Shown here piece by piece: positions 36,349-51,600 of a stretch of DNA of 64,000 nt. The position numbers were made by a program, and so were the translations under genes. Source of the stretch: Eledone cirrhosa (lineage: Eukaryota); NCBI GenBank assembly GCA_964016885.1, contig OZ024764.1, positions 15,066,001 through 15,130,000 of the forward strand, read 5' to 3'. Position 1 is the stretch's first letter. Each line of letters opens with the position of its first letter. The notes under the pieces were generated by a model that was not told the origin of the DNA, did no database searches, and saw nothing but the letters and a program-made list of their open reading frames with translations.

Positions 36349-39300
36349 TATTTATCCTTATCGAGCCCTCTTTGGATTTTAGTCTTCACATTTATTATTA
36401 TTACTATGTGGAAGATAGACGATGATGATGATGATGATGATACACTGTTAGTGTTTGGAACATAACATATCAAAGGTTCTTAGATAAAATTATGATGGAA
36501 GGTTTTAAATTAAATATAAACCCTATAAAACGAATAGCATTTTTATCATAGAACCGGGGGCTGGTTTCGTGTAGTTTTAGTATCAGAAAGGGTTGAGGGA
36601 CATATCCCACCCACTCAACCCTCACAAAACCTTGCCAACTTACCGAGTCTGAGTCATTGTCTATGTCAACGACAGGGAATCCACACGAAGTCTCCACCTT
36701 CAGTAAATCCACGATTTTCCCCACCGAACAGATTCGTGGAAGACATACCACAGGTTTGCTCATGATGTCACTGAAATTATATCAACAGAAGAATTTATAT
36801 TATATACTGATAAGCATACACCTAGTACACTGTGTAATGTGGTTGGTGATAGGAAGGGCATCCAGCCCTAGAAAGCCTGCTAAACAAAGATTGTGAGGAC
36901 CCTTCAGTCATGTCAAAGACTACCTCCCTAGTGTTTGGTGATCTACTCAAACACAACACCCAGTACACTCTGTAATGTGGGTGGTGATAGGAAGGGCATC
37001 CAGCTGGAGAAAGCTTGCCAAACAAGGAGCTGGAAGGACCCTTCAGTTTGTGTCAAAGACATGTCAGCCTCCCTAGTGTTTGGTGATCTACACCAGGCAT
37101 GTCAAACTGAGGGCCACATGAGTCACATATGTGTTGCCTAAGGGGTCAGTAGCCCCACTTTAGTATTTTGTCTTGGTCTTTGTAGACCTGTCCGTCCGAT
37201 GCTAGCAGGGAAAGTTGACATTCAACAATGCGACGGCTGAAGAGAAATGAAGCAAGCATGCTCCGCTGGATGTGTGTGAACGACCAAACATGGATGAGGG
37301 GATAGGCTGTGGTGTGTGGGAGAGAAGACTGAGATGGTATGGACATGTGATGTGTTGAGAGAGAAACTGGGTATAAGAGGGATAAGTTGTGGTGTATGGG
37401 AGAGAAGACTGAGATGGTATGGACATGTGATGTGTTGAGAGAGAAACTGTATAAGAGGGATAAGTTGTGGTGTGTGGGAGAGAAGACTGCGATGGTATGG
37501 ACATGTGATGTGTTGAGAGAGAAACTGGGTACAAGAGGGATAAGTTGTGGTGTGTGGGAGAGAAGGCTGAGATGGTATGGACATGTGATGTGTTGAGAGA
37601 GAAACTGTATAAGAGGGATAAGTTGTAGTGTGTGGGAGAGAAGACTGAGATGGTATGGACATGTGATGTGTTGAGAGAGAAACTGTGTATAAGAGGGATA
37701 AGTTGTGGTGTGTGGGAGAGAAGACTGCGATGGTATGGACATGTGATGTGTTGAGAGAGAAACTAGGTATAAGAGGGATAAGTTGTGGTGTGTGGGAGAG
37801 AAGACTGAGATGGTATGGACATGTGATGTGTTGAGAGAGAAACTGGGTATAAGAGGGATAAGTTGCGGTGTGCAGGAGAGAAGACTGCGATGGTACGGAC
37901 ATGTGATGTGTTGAGAGAGAAACTGGGTATAAGAGGGATAAGTTGTGGTGTGTGGGAGAGAAGACTGAGATGGTATGGACATGTGATGTGTTGAGAGAGG
38001 AACTGTGTATAAGAGGGATAAGTTGTGGTGTGCAGGAGAGAAAACTGAGATGGTATGGACATGTGATGTGTTGAGAGAGAAACTGGGTAGGTATAAAAGG
38101 GCTAAGTTGTGGTGTGCAGGAGAGAAGACTGCGATGGTATGGACATGTGATGTGTTGAGGGAGAAACTGTATAAGAGGGATAAGTTGTGGTGTGTGGGAG
38201 AGAAGACTGAGATGGTATGGACATGTGATGTGTTGAGAGAGGGATAAGTTGTGGTGTGTGGGAGAGAAGACTGAGGTGGTATGGACATGGAGTATGACCG
38301 CTGGGTAATCCTATATATAGAGGGGGCAGGTAATAGAGAGAGGGATGGGTTATAATAATATTTAGAGAGAAGGGTGTTATAACATATAGAGAAAGGGATG
38401 GGTTTATATATATAGAGAGGGGGGTTTATCCGTGAACTTTTTCACGGGTCCAGGTAGTATAAATATTTGTATACCTTGCTTTGACATCCTCAAACATCGG
38501 TGGAGGCTCCGAAGGGAGCATTGGTATACCTGCCACGTGTATGTTCATTTCATAGAGACCCTGAAAAACAAAGGAAGAAACAGATTAATAAGGAATTTGG
38601 GAGACCCTTCAGTTTGTGACAAAAGACACGACAACTTCTCTACACTTGATAATGACTGTATGGAAGCTGGATACAAACCTGTTGGCCTGTCCAGGAGGTG
38701 AGTAACTCCGCTTCAGTACTGACTTGATCTATGTAGACCTGTCCAACCCATGCTAGCAGGGAAAGTGGATGTTAAATTGTGATGGTGTGATGATGATTGT
38801 GCTGGCTTTTTGAGTCCTTTTATTATATATCTCATAATACTTCATATTAACTCCACTATATATATATATATATACATACACACACATATATATATATACA
38901 TACACACATATATACACACACACACACACACACATATATATACATACACACACATATATATATATACATACATACACACATATATACATACACACACACA
39001 TATATACACACATACACACACACATATATATATACATACACACACATATATATATATATACATACATACACACATATACATACATACACACATATATACA
39101 CACATACACACACACATATATATACATACATACACACATATATACACACACACACACATATATACACACATACACACACACATATATATACATACATACA
39201 CACACATATATATATATACATATATACACACACACACACACATATATACACACATACACACACACATATATATATATACATACACACATATATATATATA

Positions 39301-42017
39301 TATATACATACGATTAATCATTAATATATATACATACATACACACACATATATATACACACACACATATATACACACATACACACACACATATATATATA
39401 TATACATACACACATATATATATATATACATACGATTAATCATTAATATATATACATACATACACACACATATATATACACACACACATATATACACACA
39501 TACACACACACACATATATATACATACACACATATATATATATATACATACGATTAATCATTAATATATATACATACATACACACACATATATATACACA
39601 CACACATATATACACACATACACACACACATATATATATACATACACACATATATATATATATATATATACATACGATTAATCATTAATATATATACATA
39701 CATACACACATATATATACACACATACACACATATATATATATACATACACACATATATATATATATATACATACGATTAATCATTAATATATATACATA
39801 CATACACACATATATATACACACATACACACATATATATATATACACACACACATATATATATATACATACGATTAATCATTAATATATATACATACATA
39901 CACATATATATACACACATACACACACATCATCATCATCATCATCATCATCAACGTTTAACGTCCGTGTTCCACGCTTGCATGGGTTTGGACGGGGGTAG
40001 TCCCACTTGAGGCAAGAGTGATTGTCTTGCTCGCATAGGACTGTCTGGCAGGTTTTCTACAGTTGGATGCCCTTCCTAACACCAACCACATTTACAGTGT
40101 GGGTATATATATATATACATACACACATATATATATACATACGATTAATCATTAATATATATACATACATGGCGGTGGATTGGCAGTATCGGTAGAGGGT
40201 CGGACGCCATGCTTTGACGCATAGAGTTACGGCCCTTGCCATTCTGAGTTCAAATCCCGCCGAGGTTAACTTTCCCTTTCATCCTTACGGGGTCGATAAA
40301 ATAAAGTACCAGTAATACACTGGGTAATTTGCTGGCCTTGTGCCAAAAGTAGAAACAATTAATATATATACATACATACACACACATATATATATACATA
40401 CACACACATATATATATATACATACGATCAATCATTAATATATATATATATATATACACCCACACACATCCAGTGTGTCTAAAAGCCATTATCTGTAGTA
40501 CTACTTTGATACTAAACGATTTTAAGTACATTTCCCACCAACCAAATTGTCAAAATACTATATACATATAAATATATACTTAGAGTAAACATTGATGCAA
40601 TTCAATTCAAGCACTCAGTGTACTTTTTCCACACAGGAGTGACGGAGTAAATATCGAATAAGGAAAGGTGAAGTAGTTTCAGATGTTCAAGTCCTTTAAT
40701 AATAATTGTTTCTACTTTAGGCACAAGGCCAGCAAATACCCAGTGCATTACTGGTACTTTAATAATAATTGTTTCTACTTTAGGCACAAGGCCAGCAATT
40801 ACCCCAGTGCATTACTGGTACTTTAATAATAATTGTATCTACGTTAGGCACAAGGCCAGCAATTACCCAGTGCATTACTGGTACTTTAATAATAATTGTT
40901 TCTACTTTAGGCACAAGGCCAGCAATTACCCAGTGCATTACTGGTACTTTATTTTATCGACCCCGTAAGGATGAAAGGCAAAGTCAACCTCGGCGGGATT
41001 TGAACTCAGATCGTAAAGGGACGTAACTATGCTGGAAAGCATGGCGTCCGACCCTCTACCGATACTGCCAATCCACCGCCCTAGCATGGTGTCCGACCCT
41101 CTACTGATACTGCCAATCCACCGCCTTGTGGTACTTTAATAATAATGCTGTGATATATATTGCAATGACGACACTGGCCACACTGTTCTGTGTGTGCGAG
41201 TGTCGTGACATCATCAGACAGCTTGTTACATAATGAGGTTATGTTTCCGAGGCAATCCAAGTTGAATTGACATGGTGGGAACGGACGAAGTGATATATAT
41301 ATATAAATATAAATATAAATAAATACATTATCGGAGAAAGCTTTTAGCGATACTCCGGCCAAATCCCAACTCACTCAACAAACATTAGGAAATAACTGAG
41401 TATATTCCTAATTAAACGTTTGGGGTGCTAACTAATTGTATTGTGTGGAAAATTGGCTGTATTATTTCATATGAGACATATCAAATATATCCCTTCCCAG
41501 ACGACTCGTTTCATTATAAGATTCCTACAATTTAGGTGAAATTATACCAATTTATGTAGAAACTTGTATAAGATCAACAGATACTTATTCAAGAGGTATA
41601 TATATTAGGTCGTCAAGTATGAAATTGGTAGGAATTTGTTGGGTTTTTTTTCACAAATTTCTACAAATTTCATACTTGACCCATTCCCTTTTGGGGACAG
41701 TGTGAATTTTCTTTTTGAAGGACTACTGGCTTTTCAAACTTAGCTGTCCTTCTAGCACTGACGGTGACCATCACTAATTCTTAAGTCATTGTAAGTCATT
41801 GTAAGTCATTAAATATACGTCTCACAATGCTTATTAACTATGGTAATATATGTTATTTTGTAGCTAAATATTTCTGTCCCTGGGACTATCATGAATAAAA
41901 TATAATCTGAAAGATATATATATCGTCTGGAAGCATTGTGAGACGTATAATTAATGACTTATAAGCTACAGAAAGCCAGTACAATATGGTAGAATATATA
42001 TATATATATATTGTATA

Positions 42018-42057
<40 letters not shown>

Positions 42058-43108
42058 TTAGTTTTGCGAGGTTTTTGATATTAAATCGTGTGTCGAAACA
42101 AATATTGTTATACTTGGGGATAAACAGACTAAATAAAGATGGCATAGGCATACAATACAATGGGAAGAAACAGAAATACGCCAAAACTACACCTGATGTA
42201 CCCCTTCCATGCACATGCACACGTGTGTATCATGACTCGTGCACTGTTCATTTTACTGATGTCTGTGCATTGCCCTATGTACTGTACATGCACTTTTTTG
42301 ATGAGTTGTGGTGCACCTGGGCACTGTACACAATATTTCATTATTGTTATTGTTATTATATCATGACTAGTACACTGTTCATTTTCCTGACATTTGTACA
42401 TTATTCTATGTACTATACATGCACCTTTGATGAGTTGTAGTGCACCTGAGCACTGTACACAATAATTTCATTATTATATAATAGCACCACTGACGATGTT
42501 GCAGATGTGCAACGAAAGAACTTTGATAGACTATATATATGTGTTTGTGTCTATATTGTATCTGTATTTTTGACCGTTGGTCAGTCAATGGCAACATTGA
42601 GGACCGAATAAATTAAATTAACCGATATAAAAGACACAGAAGTGAAAACCAACCAAACAGTGAGTGTGTTCTGTTATTAATTCTGGAAATATTATTACAC
42701 AAATATGACCCTCCTCAAGTATAACAATATATATCTATATATATATATAAATTGTATCATCATCATCATCATCAACGTTTAATGTCCGTGTTCCACGCTT
42801 GCATGGGTTTGGACGGGGGTTTTCCCACTTGAGGCAAGAGTGATTGTCTTGCTCGCATAGGACTGTCTGGCGGGTTTTCTACAGCTGGATGCCCTTCCTA
42901 ACACCAACCACATTTACAGTGTGGGTCTTGGAGGTTTTTACCGTGTTGCCTACACGGCCACATTACAGCGTGGACTGTGTGTTTTTTTGTCGTGACAAAT
43001 ATATATTCTTTGAGTAATCAATGAACCATATTAATCTTTGGTTATATACATATATATGTGTGTGTGTGTGTGTATATATGACTCTTTTTCTATATATATA
43101 TGTGTGTA

Positions 43109-43149
<41 letters not shown>

Positions 43150-43576
43150 GAGGTTTACATATACATAAACTAGACAGAGCCATAGATATATATATATATG
43201 TTTTTGGCAACCATTCTATGGACTTACTTATATATATATAAATGGTGGCGGTGTTGTTGGTGTTGGTGATGGTACTGGTGGTAGTGATGATGATGATCGT
43301 GGTGGTGGTGATGATGTTGGTACTGGTGGTAGTGTTGATAGTGTTGATAATGGTGGTGGTAGTGGTGTGGTGGTGTTGGTGTAGGTGGTGGTAGTGGTGG
43401 TGATGGTACTGGTGGTAGTGATGATGATGATGATGATCGTCGTCATGGTGGTGATGATGATGATGATGTTGGTACTGGTGGTAGTGTTGATAATGGTGGT
43501 GGTAGTGGTGTGGTGGTGTTGGTGTAGGTAATGGCAGTGGTGGTGGTGGTGTTGGTGATGATGATCTCTGTGGTGG

Positions 43577-43610
<34 letters not shown>

Positions 43611-45377
43611 GGTAGTGGTGGTGTTGGTGATGGTGATGGTAGTGGTGTGGTGGTGTTGGTGATGGTAATGGCAGTGGTGGTGGTGGTGATGATGATCGTG
43701 GTGGTGGTGGTGGCAGTGGTGGTGGTGGTGTTGGTGATGGTAGTGGTGTGGTGGTGTTGGTGATGGTAATGGCAGTGGTGGTGGTGGTGGTGATGGTAGT
43801 GGTGTGGTGGTGTTGGTGATGGTAATGGCAGTGGTGGTGGTGGTGGTGATGGTAGTGGTGTGGTGGTGTTGGTGATGGTAATGGCAGTGGTGGTGGTGGT
43901 GATGGTAGTGGTGTGGTGGTGTTGGTGATGGTAATGGCAGTGGTGGTGGTGGTGATGGTAGTGGTGTGGTGGTGTTGGTGTAGGTAATGGCAGTGGTGGT
44001 GGTGGTGATGGTGATGGTAGTGGTGTGGTGGTGTTGGTGTAGGTAATGGCAGTGGTGGTGGTGGTGGTGGTGGTGTGGTGGTGGTGGTGATGGTAATGGC
44101 AGTGGTGGTGGTGATGGTGATGGTAGTGGTGTGGTGGTGGTGGTGTAGGTAATGGCAGTGGTGGTGGTGGTGATGGTGATGGTAGTGGTGTGGTGGTGTT
44201 GGTGTAGGTAATGGCAGTGGTGGTGGTGGTGGTGGTGGTGTGGTGGTGGTGGTGATGGTAATGGCAGTGGTGGTGGTGATGGTGATGGTAGTGGTGTGGT
44301 GGTGGTGGTGTAGGTAATGGCAGTGGTGGTGGTGGTGATGGTGATGGTAGTGGTGTGGTGGTGTTGGTGTAGGTAATGGCAGTGGTGGTGGTGGTGGTGG
44401 TGGTGTGGTGGTGGTGGTGATGGTAATGGCAGTGGTGGTGGTGATGGTGATGGTAGTGGTGTGGTGGTGGTGGTGTAGGTAATGGCAGTGGTGGTGGTGG
44501 TGATGGTGATGGTAGTGGTGTGGTGGTGTTGGTGTAGGTAATGGCAGTGGTGGTGGTGGTGGTGGTGATGGTAGTGGTGTGGTGGTGGTGGTGATGGTAA
44601 TGGCAGTGGTGGTGGTGGTGGTGGTGGTGTGGTGGTGGTGGTGATGGTAATGGCAGTGGTGGTGGTGATGGTGATGGTAGTGGTGTGGTGGTGTTGGTGT
44701 AGGTAATGGCAGTGGTGGTGGTGGTGGTGGTGGTGGTAGTGGTGTGGTGGTGGTGGTGATGGTAATGGCAGTGGTGGTGGTGATGGTGATGGTAGTGGTG
44801 TGGTGGTGGTGGTGTAGGTAATGGCAGTGGTGGTGGTGGTGGTGGTGATGGTAGTGGTGTGGTGGTGGTGGTGTAGGTAATGGCAGTGGTGGTGGTGGTG
44901 GTGGTGATGGTAGTGGTGTGGTGGTGGTGGTGATGGTAATGGCAGTGGTGGTGGTGGTGGTGGTGGTGGTAGTGGTGTGGTGGTGTTGGTGTAGGTAATG
45001 GCAGTGGTGGTGGTGGTGGTGGTGGTGTGGTGGTGTGGTGGTGTTGGTGATGGTAATGGCAGTGGTGGTGGTGGTGGTGGTGATGGTAGTGGTGTGGTGG
45101 TGTTGGTGTAGGTAATGGCAGTGGTGGTGGTGATGGTGATGGTAGTGGTGTGGTGGTGGTGGTGATGGTAATGGCAGTGGTGGTGGTGGTGGTGGTGGTG
45201 GTAGTGGTGTGGTGGTGTTGGTGTAGGTAATGGCAGTGGTGGTGGTGGTGGTGGTGGTGTGGTGGTGTGGTGGTGTTGGTGATGGTAATGGCAGTGGTGG
45301 TGGTGGTGGTGATGGTAGTGGTGTGGTGGTGTTGGTGTAGGTAATGGCAGTGGTGGTGGTGGTGGTGTTGGTGATGG

Positions 45378-45408
<31 letters not shown>

Positions 45409-45634
45409 GGTAGTGTTGATAATGGTGATGGCAGTGGTGGTGGTGTGGTGGTGTTGGTGTAGGTAATGGCAGTGGTGGTGGTGGTGGTGGTGGTGGTAGT
45501 GGTGTGGTGGTGTTGGTGTAGGTAATGGCAGTGGTGGTGGTGGTGGTGGTGGTGTGGTGGTGTGGTGGTGTTGGTGATGGTAATGGCAGTGGTGGTGGTG
45601 GTGGTGGTGGTGGTAGTGGTGGTGTTGGTGATGG

Positions 45635-45665
<31 letters not shown>

Positions 45666-48600
45666 GGTAGTGTTGATAATGGTGATGGCAGTGGTGGTGG
45701 TGTGGTGGTGATGGCAGTGGTGGTGTAGGTAATGGCAGCAGTGGTGGTGGTGATGGTGGTGGTAGTGGTGTGGTGGTGGTGGTAGTGGTGTGGTGGTGTT
45801 GGTGATGGTAATGGCAGTGGTGGTGGTGGTGGTGATGGTAGTGGTGTGGTGGTGTTGGTGATGGTGATGGCAGTGATGGTGGTGGTGGTGGTGGTGATGG
45901 TAGTGGTGTGGTGGTGTTGGTGATGGTGATGGCAGTGGTGGTGGTGGTGATGGTAGTGGTGTGGTGGTGTTGGTGATGGTAATGGCAGTGGTGGTGGTGG
46001 TGGTGGTAGTGGTGTGGTGGTGTTGGTGTAGGTAATGGCAGTGATGGTGGTGGTGGTGGTGTTGGTGATGGTGATGGCAGTGGTGGTGGTGGTGTTGGTG
46101 TAGGTAATGGCAGTGGTGGTGGTGGTGGTGTGGTGGTGTTGGTGTAGGTAATGGCAGTGGTGGTGGTGGTGGTGGTGGTGGTGATGGTGATGGCAGTGGT
46201 GGTGGTGGTGTTGGTGTAGGTAATGGCAGTGGTGGTGGTGGTGATGGTTTACAAAAATCAGGGGACAACAACAAAAAAAAAAAAAATGGAGCTAAAATAA
46301 AATGTGACTTACCGTTGAGAAAAAGTCTCCAACCCATTTCGATATAATGAGAACCATCATGAGTGGAAGTCCTAGGGTTATGTCCCCTGTACATTCCACC
46401 AATATTACCATAATACTGATGGTGGTGCGTACAATTCCACCCAGCTGGGACGCAGCCCCTAGTAGGGCATATTTCCCTAAATTGTTTTTCTGGAATGAAT
46501 AAATAGATAAATAAATAGGTAATTAGGTGTTTAGTTAATTATTTAAGTATCTTACTAATGAATTAATTCCATCCCGCCGAGGTTGACTTTGCCTTTCATC
46601 CTTACGGGGGTCGATAAAATAAAGTACCAGTAATTCACTGGGTAACTGCTGGCCTTGTGCCAAAAGTAGAAACAATTATATTTAAGTTTGGTAAGAAATA
46701 AGAAAAACATTGTGTGTAAAAGTTAGGATGAGTATTACTAAGTTGTAAATAACTAGTAGATCAACTTGTTTTCTGAAAGTCGTGACATATATTACTTAAC
46801 TAGTTGAAAAACAAAAACCCAAAAGTCTATTGTGCTGCCTTACCTAAATACAAAGTAAAAACCTACTACAGTCAGTAGGCATCTCTATCAAAACACACCC
46901 CCGTCCCACCACCTCCACCCCATCCACACCGCCCCTTTCAATGTAAAGTTATGTTGGTCCCACAACATCCAGGCCGAAACAAATGAGATCGTGTAGGTGT
47001 CACAACAAAAAAACACACAGTCCACGCTGTAAATGTGGCCGTGTAGGCAACACGGTAAAAACCTCCCAGCCCCACACTGTAAATGTGGTTGGTGTTAGGA
47101 AGGGCATCCAGCTGTAGAAAACCCGCCAGACAGTCCACGCTGTAATGTGGCCGTGTAGGCAACACGGTAAAAACCTCCCAGCCCCACACTGTAAATGTGG
47201 TTGGTGTTAGGAAGGGCATCCAGCTGTAGAAAACCCGCCAGACAGTCCACGCTGTAATGTGGCCGTGTAGGCAACACGGTAAAAACCTCCCAGCCCCACA
47301 CTGTAAATGTGGTTGGTGTTAGGAAGGGCATCCAACTGTAGAAAACCCGCCAGACAGTCCTATGTGAGCAAGACAACCACTCTTGCCTCAAGTGGGAAAA
47401 CCCCCGTCCAAACCCATGCAAGCGTGGAACACGGACGCTAAACCTGATGATGATGTGCTATTTTTTCTACTCCTACACTAAAATAGCTTTCAGGATGCTG
47501 AAGATCTACTACTATGATAGTGTTATCATATGTATATATATATATATATATATATAGTATTTACGTATCGAGAAAGAGAAAAAAAGGGGCGATAGGTGAT
47601 ACATATAGTTATTTGCCAAGTAGCGTATGCCAAAGGTGCTATATATATATATATATTTAAGAGTTAAACAAGGTTCAATGAATACATCAAAGAATGATCA
47701 TGTATCATTTTATTTTATCTGATGAGGACGTACTGTTGAATTTAACTCAGTACCTCTGAAATATGTATAATAAAATATAATTGATCACAAGAATATCTAT
47801 TTTGTTAATATTTTGAATTAATATATATATATGTGTGTATATATATATGTGTGTGTATATATATATAACATCAGACTGGGAAAAGCCTGGGGAGCATTGA
47901 ATGCAATGGAAAAAATATGGAAATCAAACCTGCCGGCCAAACTGAAAAGGAATTTCTTCAGATCTGCTGTGGAGTCTGTGCTTGTTTATAATAATAATGA
48001 AATTATTGTGTAAAGTGCTCAGGTGCACTACAACTCGTCAATATAGTACATAGAATAATACACAAATGTCAGGGAAGTACATGTGTGTATGTGTTAGCTG
48101 TAGTGTTGGCGGATCTCGGGAAGCATGGAGGCCTTAAAGGATGCAGTGTCTCGACAGCTAACAACTGATGCAGGTAGTTTGTTCCATGCTTCAGCAACTC
48201 TGAGCGTGAAAAAATGTTTCCGAAAGTCATGGGAACTGTGCTGTTTTCTTACTTTGTGGGCATGTCCACGTGTGTTAGACACATGGAAATCGAAAAGGCA
48301 CTCAGGGTTGTTGTTGGCAACATGGTTAACAATTTTGTGGGTGTTTACCAAGTCAGTTGCCAGGCGTCGGAGCTTCAATGAATCCATGCCCAGGGAAGCA
48401 AGGCGCTCAGAGTATGGTAGATGCCTGATGGAGGGTATTCGCTTGGTTGCACGTCTCTGAACAGTTTGTGGCTCTATCACTTGGACGCTAACGTCAAAAC
48501 TGGAGAAAAAGCTAGCCGGGGCATACACACGTATGCTCCGTGCTGCTTTAAACGTATCTTGGAAGGAACACCCAACAAATAAGGATCTCTATGGCAATAT

Positions 48601-51600
48601 ACCACCTATCAGCAGGTCAATACGTGGACAGAGACTCAGATTTGCTGGCCACTGTTGGCGCAGCAAGGAAGAAATAGCAGGTGATGTGTTGTTATGGAGT
48701 CCATCTCATGGAGCAAGAAACGCTGGTCGTCCCCAGAAGACATACGTCAAGCAACTTGAGGTCGATACTGGATGCACTGCAGAAGAACTGGCGGATGCTA
48801 TGAGAGACAGAGATGGATGGAGGAAACGTGTCGTAGAAAGCCGAGCAAGCTCGACCTGATGATGGTGATGATATATATGTATGTGTATATATATATATAT
48901 ATGTGTATACGTCATCATCATCATCGTTTAACGTCCATCTTCCACGCTAGCATGGGTTAGACGGGAGTTGTGCCACTTGAGGCAAGGTTGGTCGGGTGAC
49001 TGTGTATCGCTCGTATAGGACTGTCTGGCAGGTTTTCTACGGCTGGATGCCCTTCCTAACACCAACCACATTTACAGTGTGGACTGGGAACTTTTTGCCG
49101 TGTTACCTACACGGCCACATTACAGCGTGGACTGTTAGTAGTTTTTATTTTTTTTATATGTGTATATATATATATATATATGTGTGTATATATATATATA
49201 TGTTTATATGTATATGTGTATATATATATACTCACACACACATATATCATCATCATCATCATCATCACCGTTTTACGTCCGTTCTCCCACGTTAGCATGG
49301 GTTAGACGGGTTGTCCTGTTGTGGGCAGTGTCTGGTCGGCTGACCATGCCTTGCTCATACAGGAACTGATCTGGCTTGATTTCTACAGCTGGATGCCCTT
49401 CCTAACACCAACCTCATTTACAGTGAGTGCTGGGTGCTTTTTCGTGGCGCCTACACGTCCACTTTACAGTGTGGGCTGGGTGCTTTTTTGCCGTGGCACC
49501 TCCACGACCACCTTGCAGTGGGGGGGGGGGGGGGGCATATTGTTTATATGCTTCAGCTTGTACCCATGGGAGGTCGGGTACTCTGTATAGATATATATAT
49601 ATATATGTCTGTGTATAGTTAAAAAAATGTTCCTCCTTACCAAATGTGGGAATATCTCCATACACCCATATCCTAGCAGTCGCCCCCATATGGCTCCTAT
49701 GGTCAGAGAAGGGATAAATACACCACTGGAAATACTCAGGCCATATGTCCACACAGAGAGCAGAAAATAAAGGACCAGGAATATAAGTAAAGTGGTCACT
49801 TTGTAGGAACCTGGAAAGGAAAAAGAAAATTTAGGGGTTTTGATGATTTGTATTTTTGGGGACACACAGACATCTTCTTAAGAACTTGTTTAATTATTGA
49901 TTAATATTAATTAGTATTAAAGTGGATTGGCAGTAGCGGTAGAGGGTCGGACGCCATGCTTTGTAGCAAAGAGTTACGGCCCTTTATGGTCTGAGTTCAA
50001 ATCCCGGCGAGGTTAACTTTGCCTTTCATCCTTACGGGGTCGATAAACTAAAGTACCAGTAATGTACTGGGTAATTGCTGGCCTTGTGCCGAAAGTAGAA
50101 ACAATTATTTAGTATTAAAGTACCAGTAATACACTGGGGTAATTGCTGGCCTTGTGCCAAAAGTAGAAACAATTATTTAGTATTAAAGTACCAGTAATAC
50201 ACTGGGGTAATTGCTGGCCTTGTGCCAAAAGTAGAAACAATTATTTAGTATTAAAGTACCAGTAATACACTGGGGTAATTGCTGGCCTTGTGCCAAAAGT
50301 AGAAACAATTATTTAGTATTAAAGTACCAGTAATACACTGGGGTAATTGCTGGCCTTGTGCCAAAAGTAGAAACAATTATTTAGTATTAATTGTTATTAA
50401 TTTAAGTCAATTGTAATTATACATGATGTGTGTGTGTGTATAAGTATATATGTGTGTGTGTGTATATGTATGTGGGTGTATATATATATAGTGTATGTAA
50501 ATATGATCTAAGTGTATATCTACATGTTACCTCACCTATTTTGTCATGAAGGAGACCCTTTAATGTTGATTCTGGTGTGGTGAGGAACAGTGACGTGAGG
50601 GAATTATGTTGGTTGTCTCCCTTGCAAAAGACCTACAAATAGAAATTGAAGAGATATATAAATATTTTACATTGACTCGGGGCTCGAATCACCATTCAGC
50701 TCCCTCCCGGGTTATTAATTTTTCAGATTTATTCCAATATATATATATGTGTGTGTGTGTGTGTGTTAAGAATACCTTTGGTTTTTGTGGCAACACTTAC
50801 CTATGGTCATGAAACTTGGGTAACAAAATGGGTCTTTGGAATAATGTTACTCGATAAAGTGTGTAGCTCTGAGATCACAGCTCTGATACTACAGACATGT
50901 GGTTAGAATGTCTGAGGAAAGAATCTCTGAATTGAGAGATCACAGCTCTGATACTACAGATATGTGGTTAGAATGTCTGAATTGAGAGATCACAGCTCTG
51001 ATACTACAGACATGTGGTTAGAATGTCTGAGGAAAGAATCCCTGAATTGAGAGATCACAGCTCTGATACTACAGACATGTGGTTAGAATGTCTGAGGAAA
51101 GAATCTCCGAATTGAGAGATCACAGCTCTGATACTACAGACATGTGGTTAGAATGTCTCAGGAAAGAATCTCCGAATTGAGAGATCACAGCTCTGATACT
51201 ACAGACATGTGGTTAGAATGTCTGAGGAAAGAATCTCTGAATTGAGAGATCACAGCTCTGATACTACAGATATGTGGTTAGAATGTCTGAATTGAGAGAT
51301 CACAGCTCTGATACTACAGACATGTGGTTAGAATGTCTGAGGAAAGAATCCCTGAATTGAGAGATCACAGCTCTGATACTACAGACATGTGGTTAGAATG
51401 TCTGAGGAAAGAATCTCTGAATTGAGAGATCACAGCTCTGATACTACAGATATGTGGTTAGAATGTCTGAATTGAGAGATCACAGCTCTGATACTACAGA
51501 CATGTGGTTAGAATGTCTCAGGAAAGAATCTCTGGATTGAGAGACCACAGCTCTGATACTACAGACATGTGGTTAGAATGTCTCAGGAAAGAATCTCTTA

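Noticed and set aside
40171-40265. tRNA gene (A and B boxes)
   Set aside because: No cloverleaf; it continues into a SINE body that is present in many copies.
41612-41962. Small inverted repeats (41612-41680; 41801-41832 with 41930-41961)
   Set aside because: Real but short; consistent with MITE or Penelope debris, with no complete ribozyme core or other function assignable.
43443-46394. 983-aa His/Thr/Pro-rich ORF
   Set aside because: A (GGT)n satellite in a CLCN7 intron; its start overlaps exon L out of frame.
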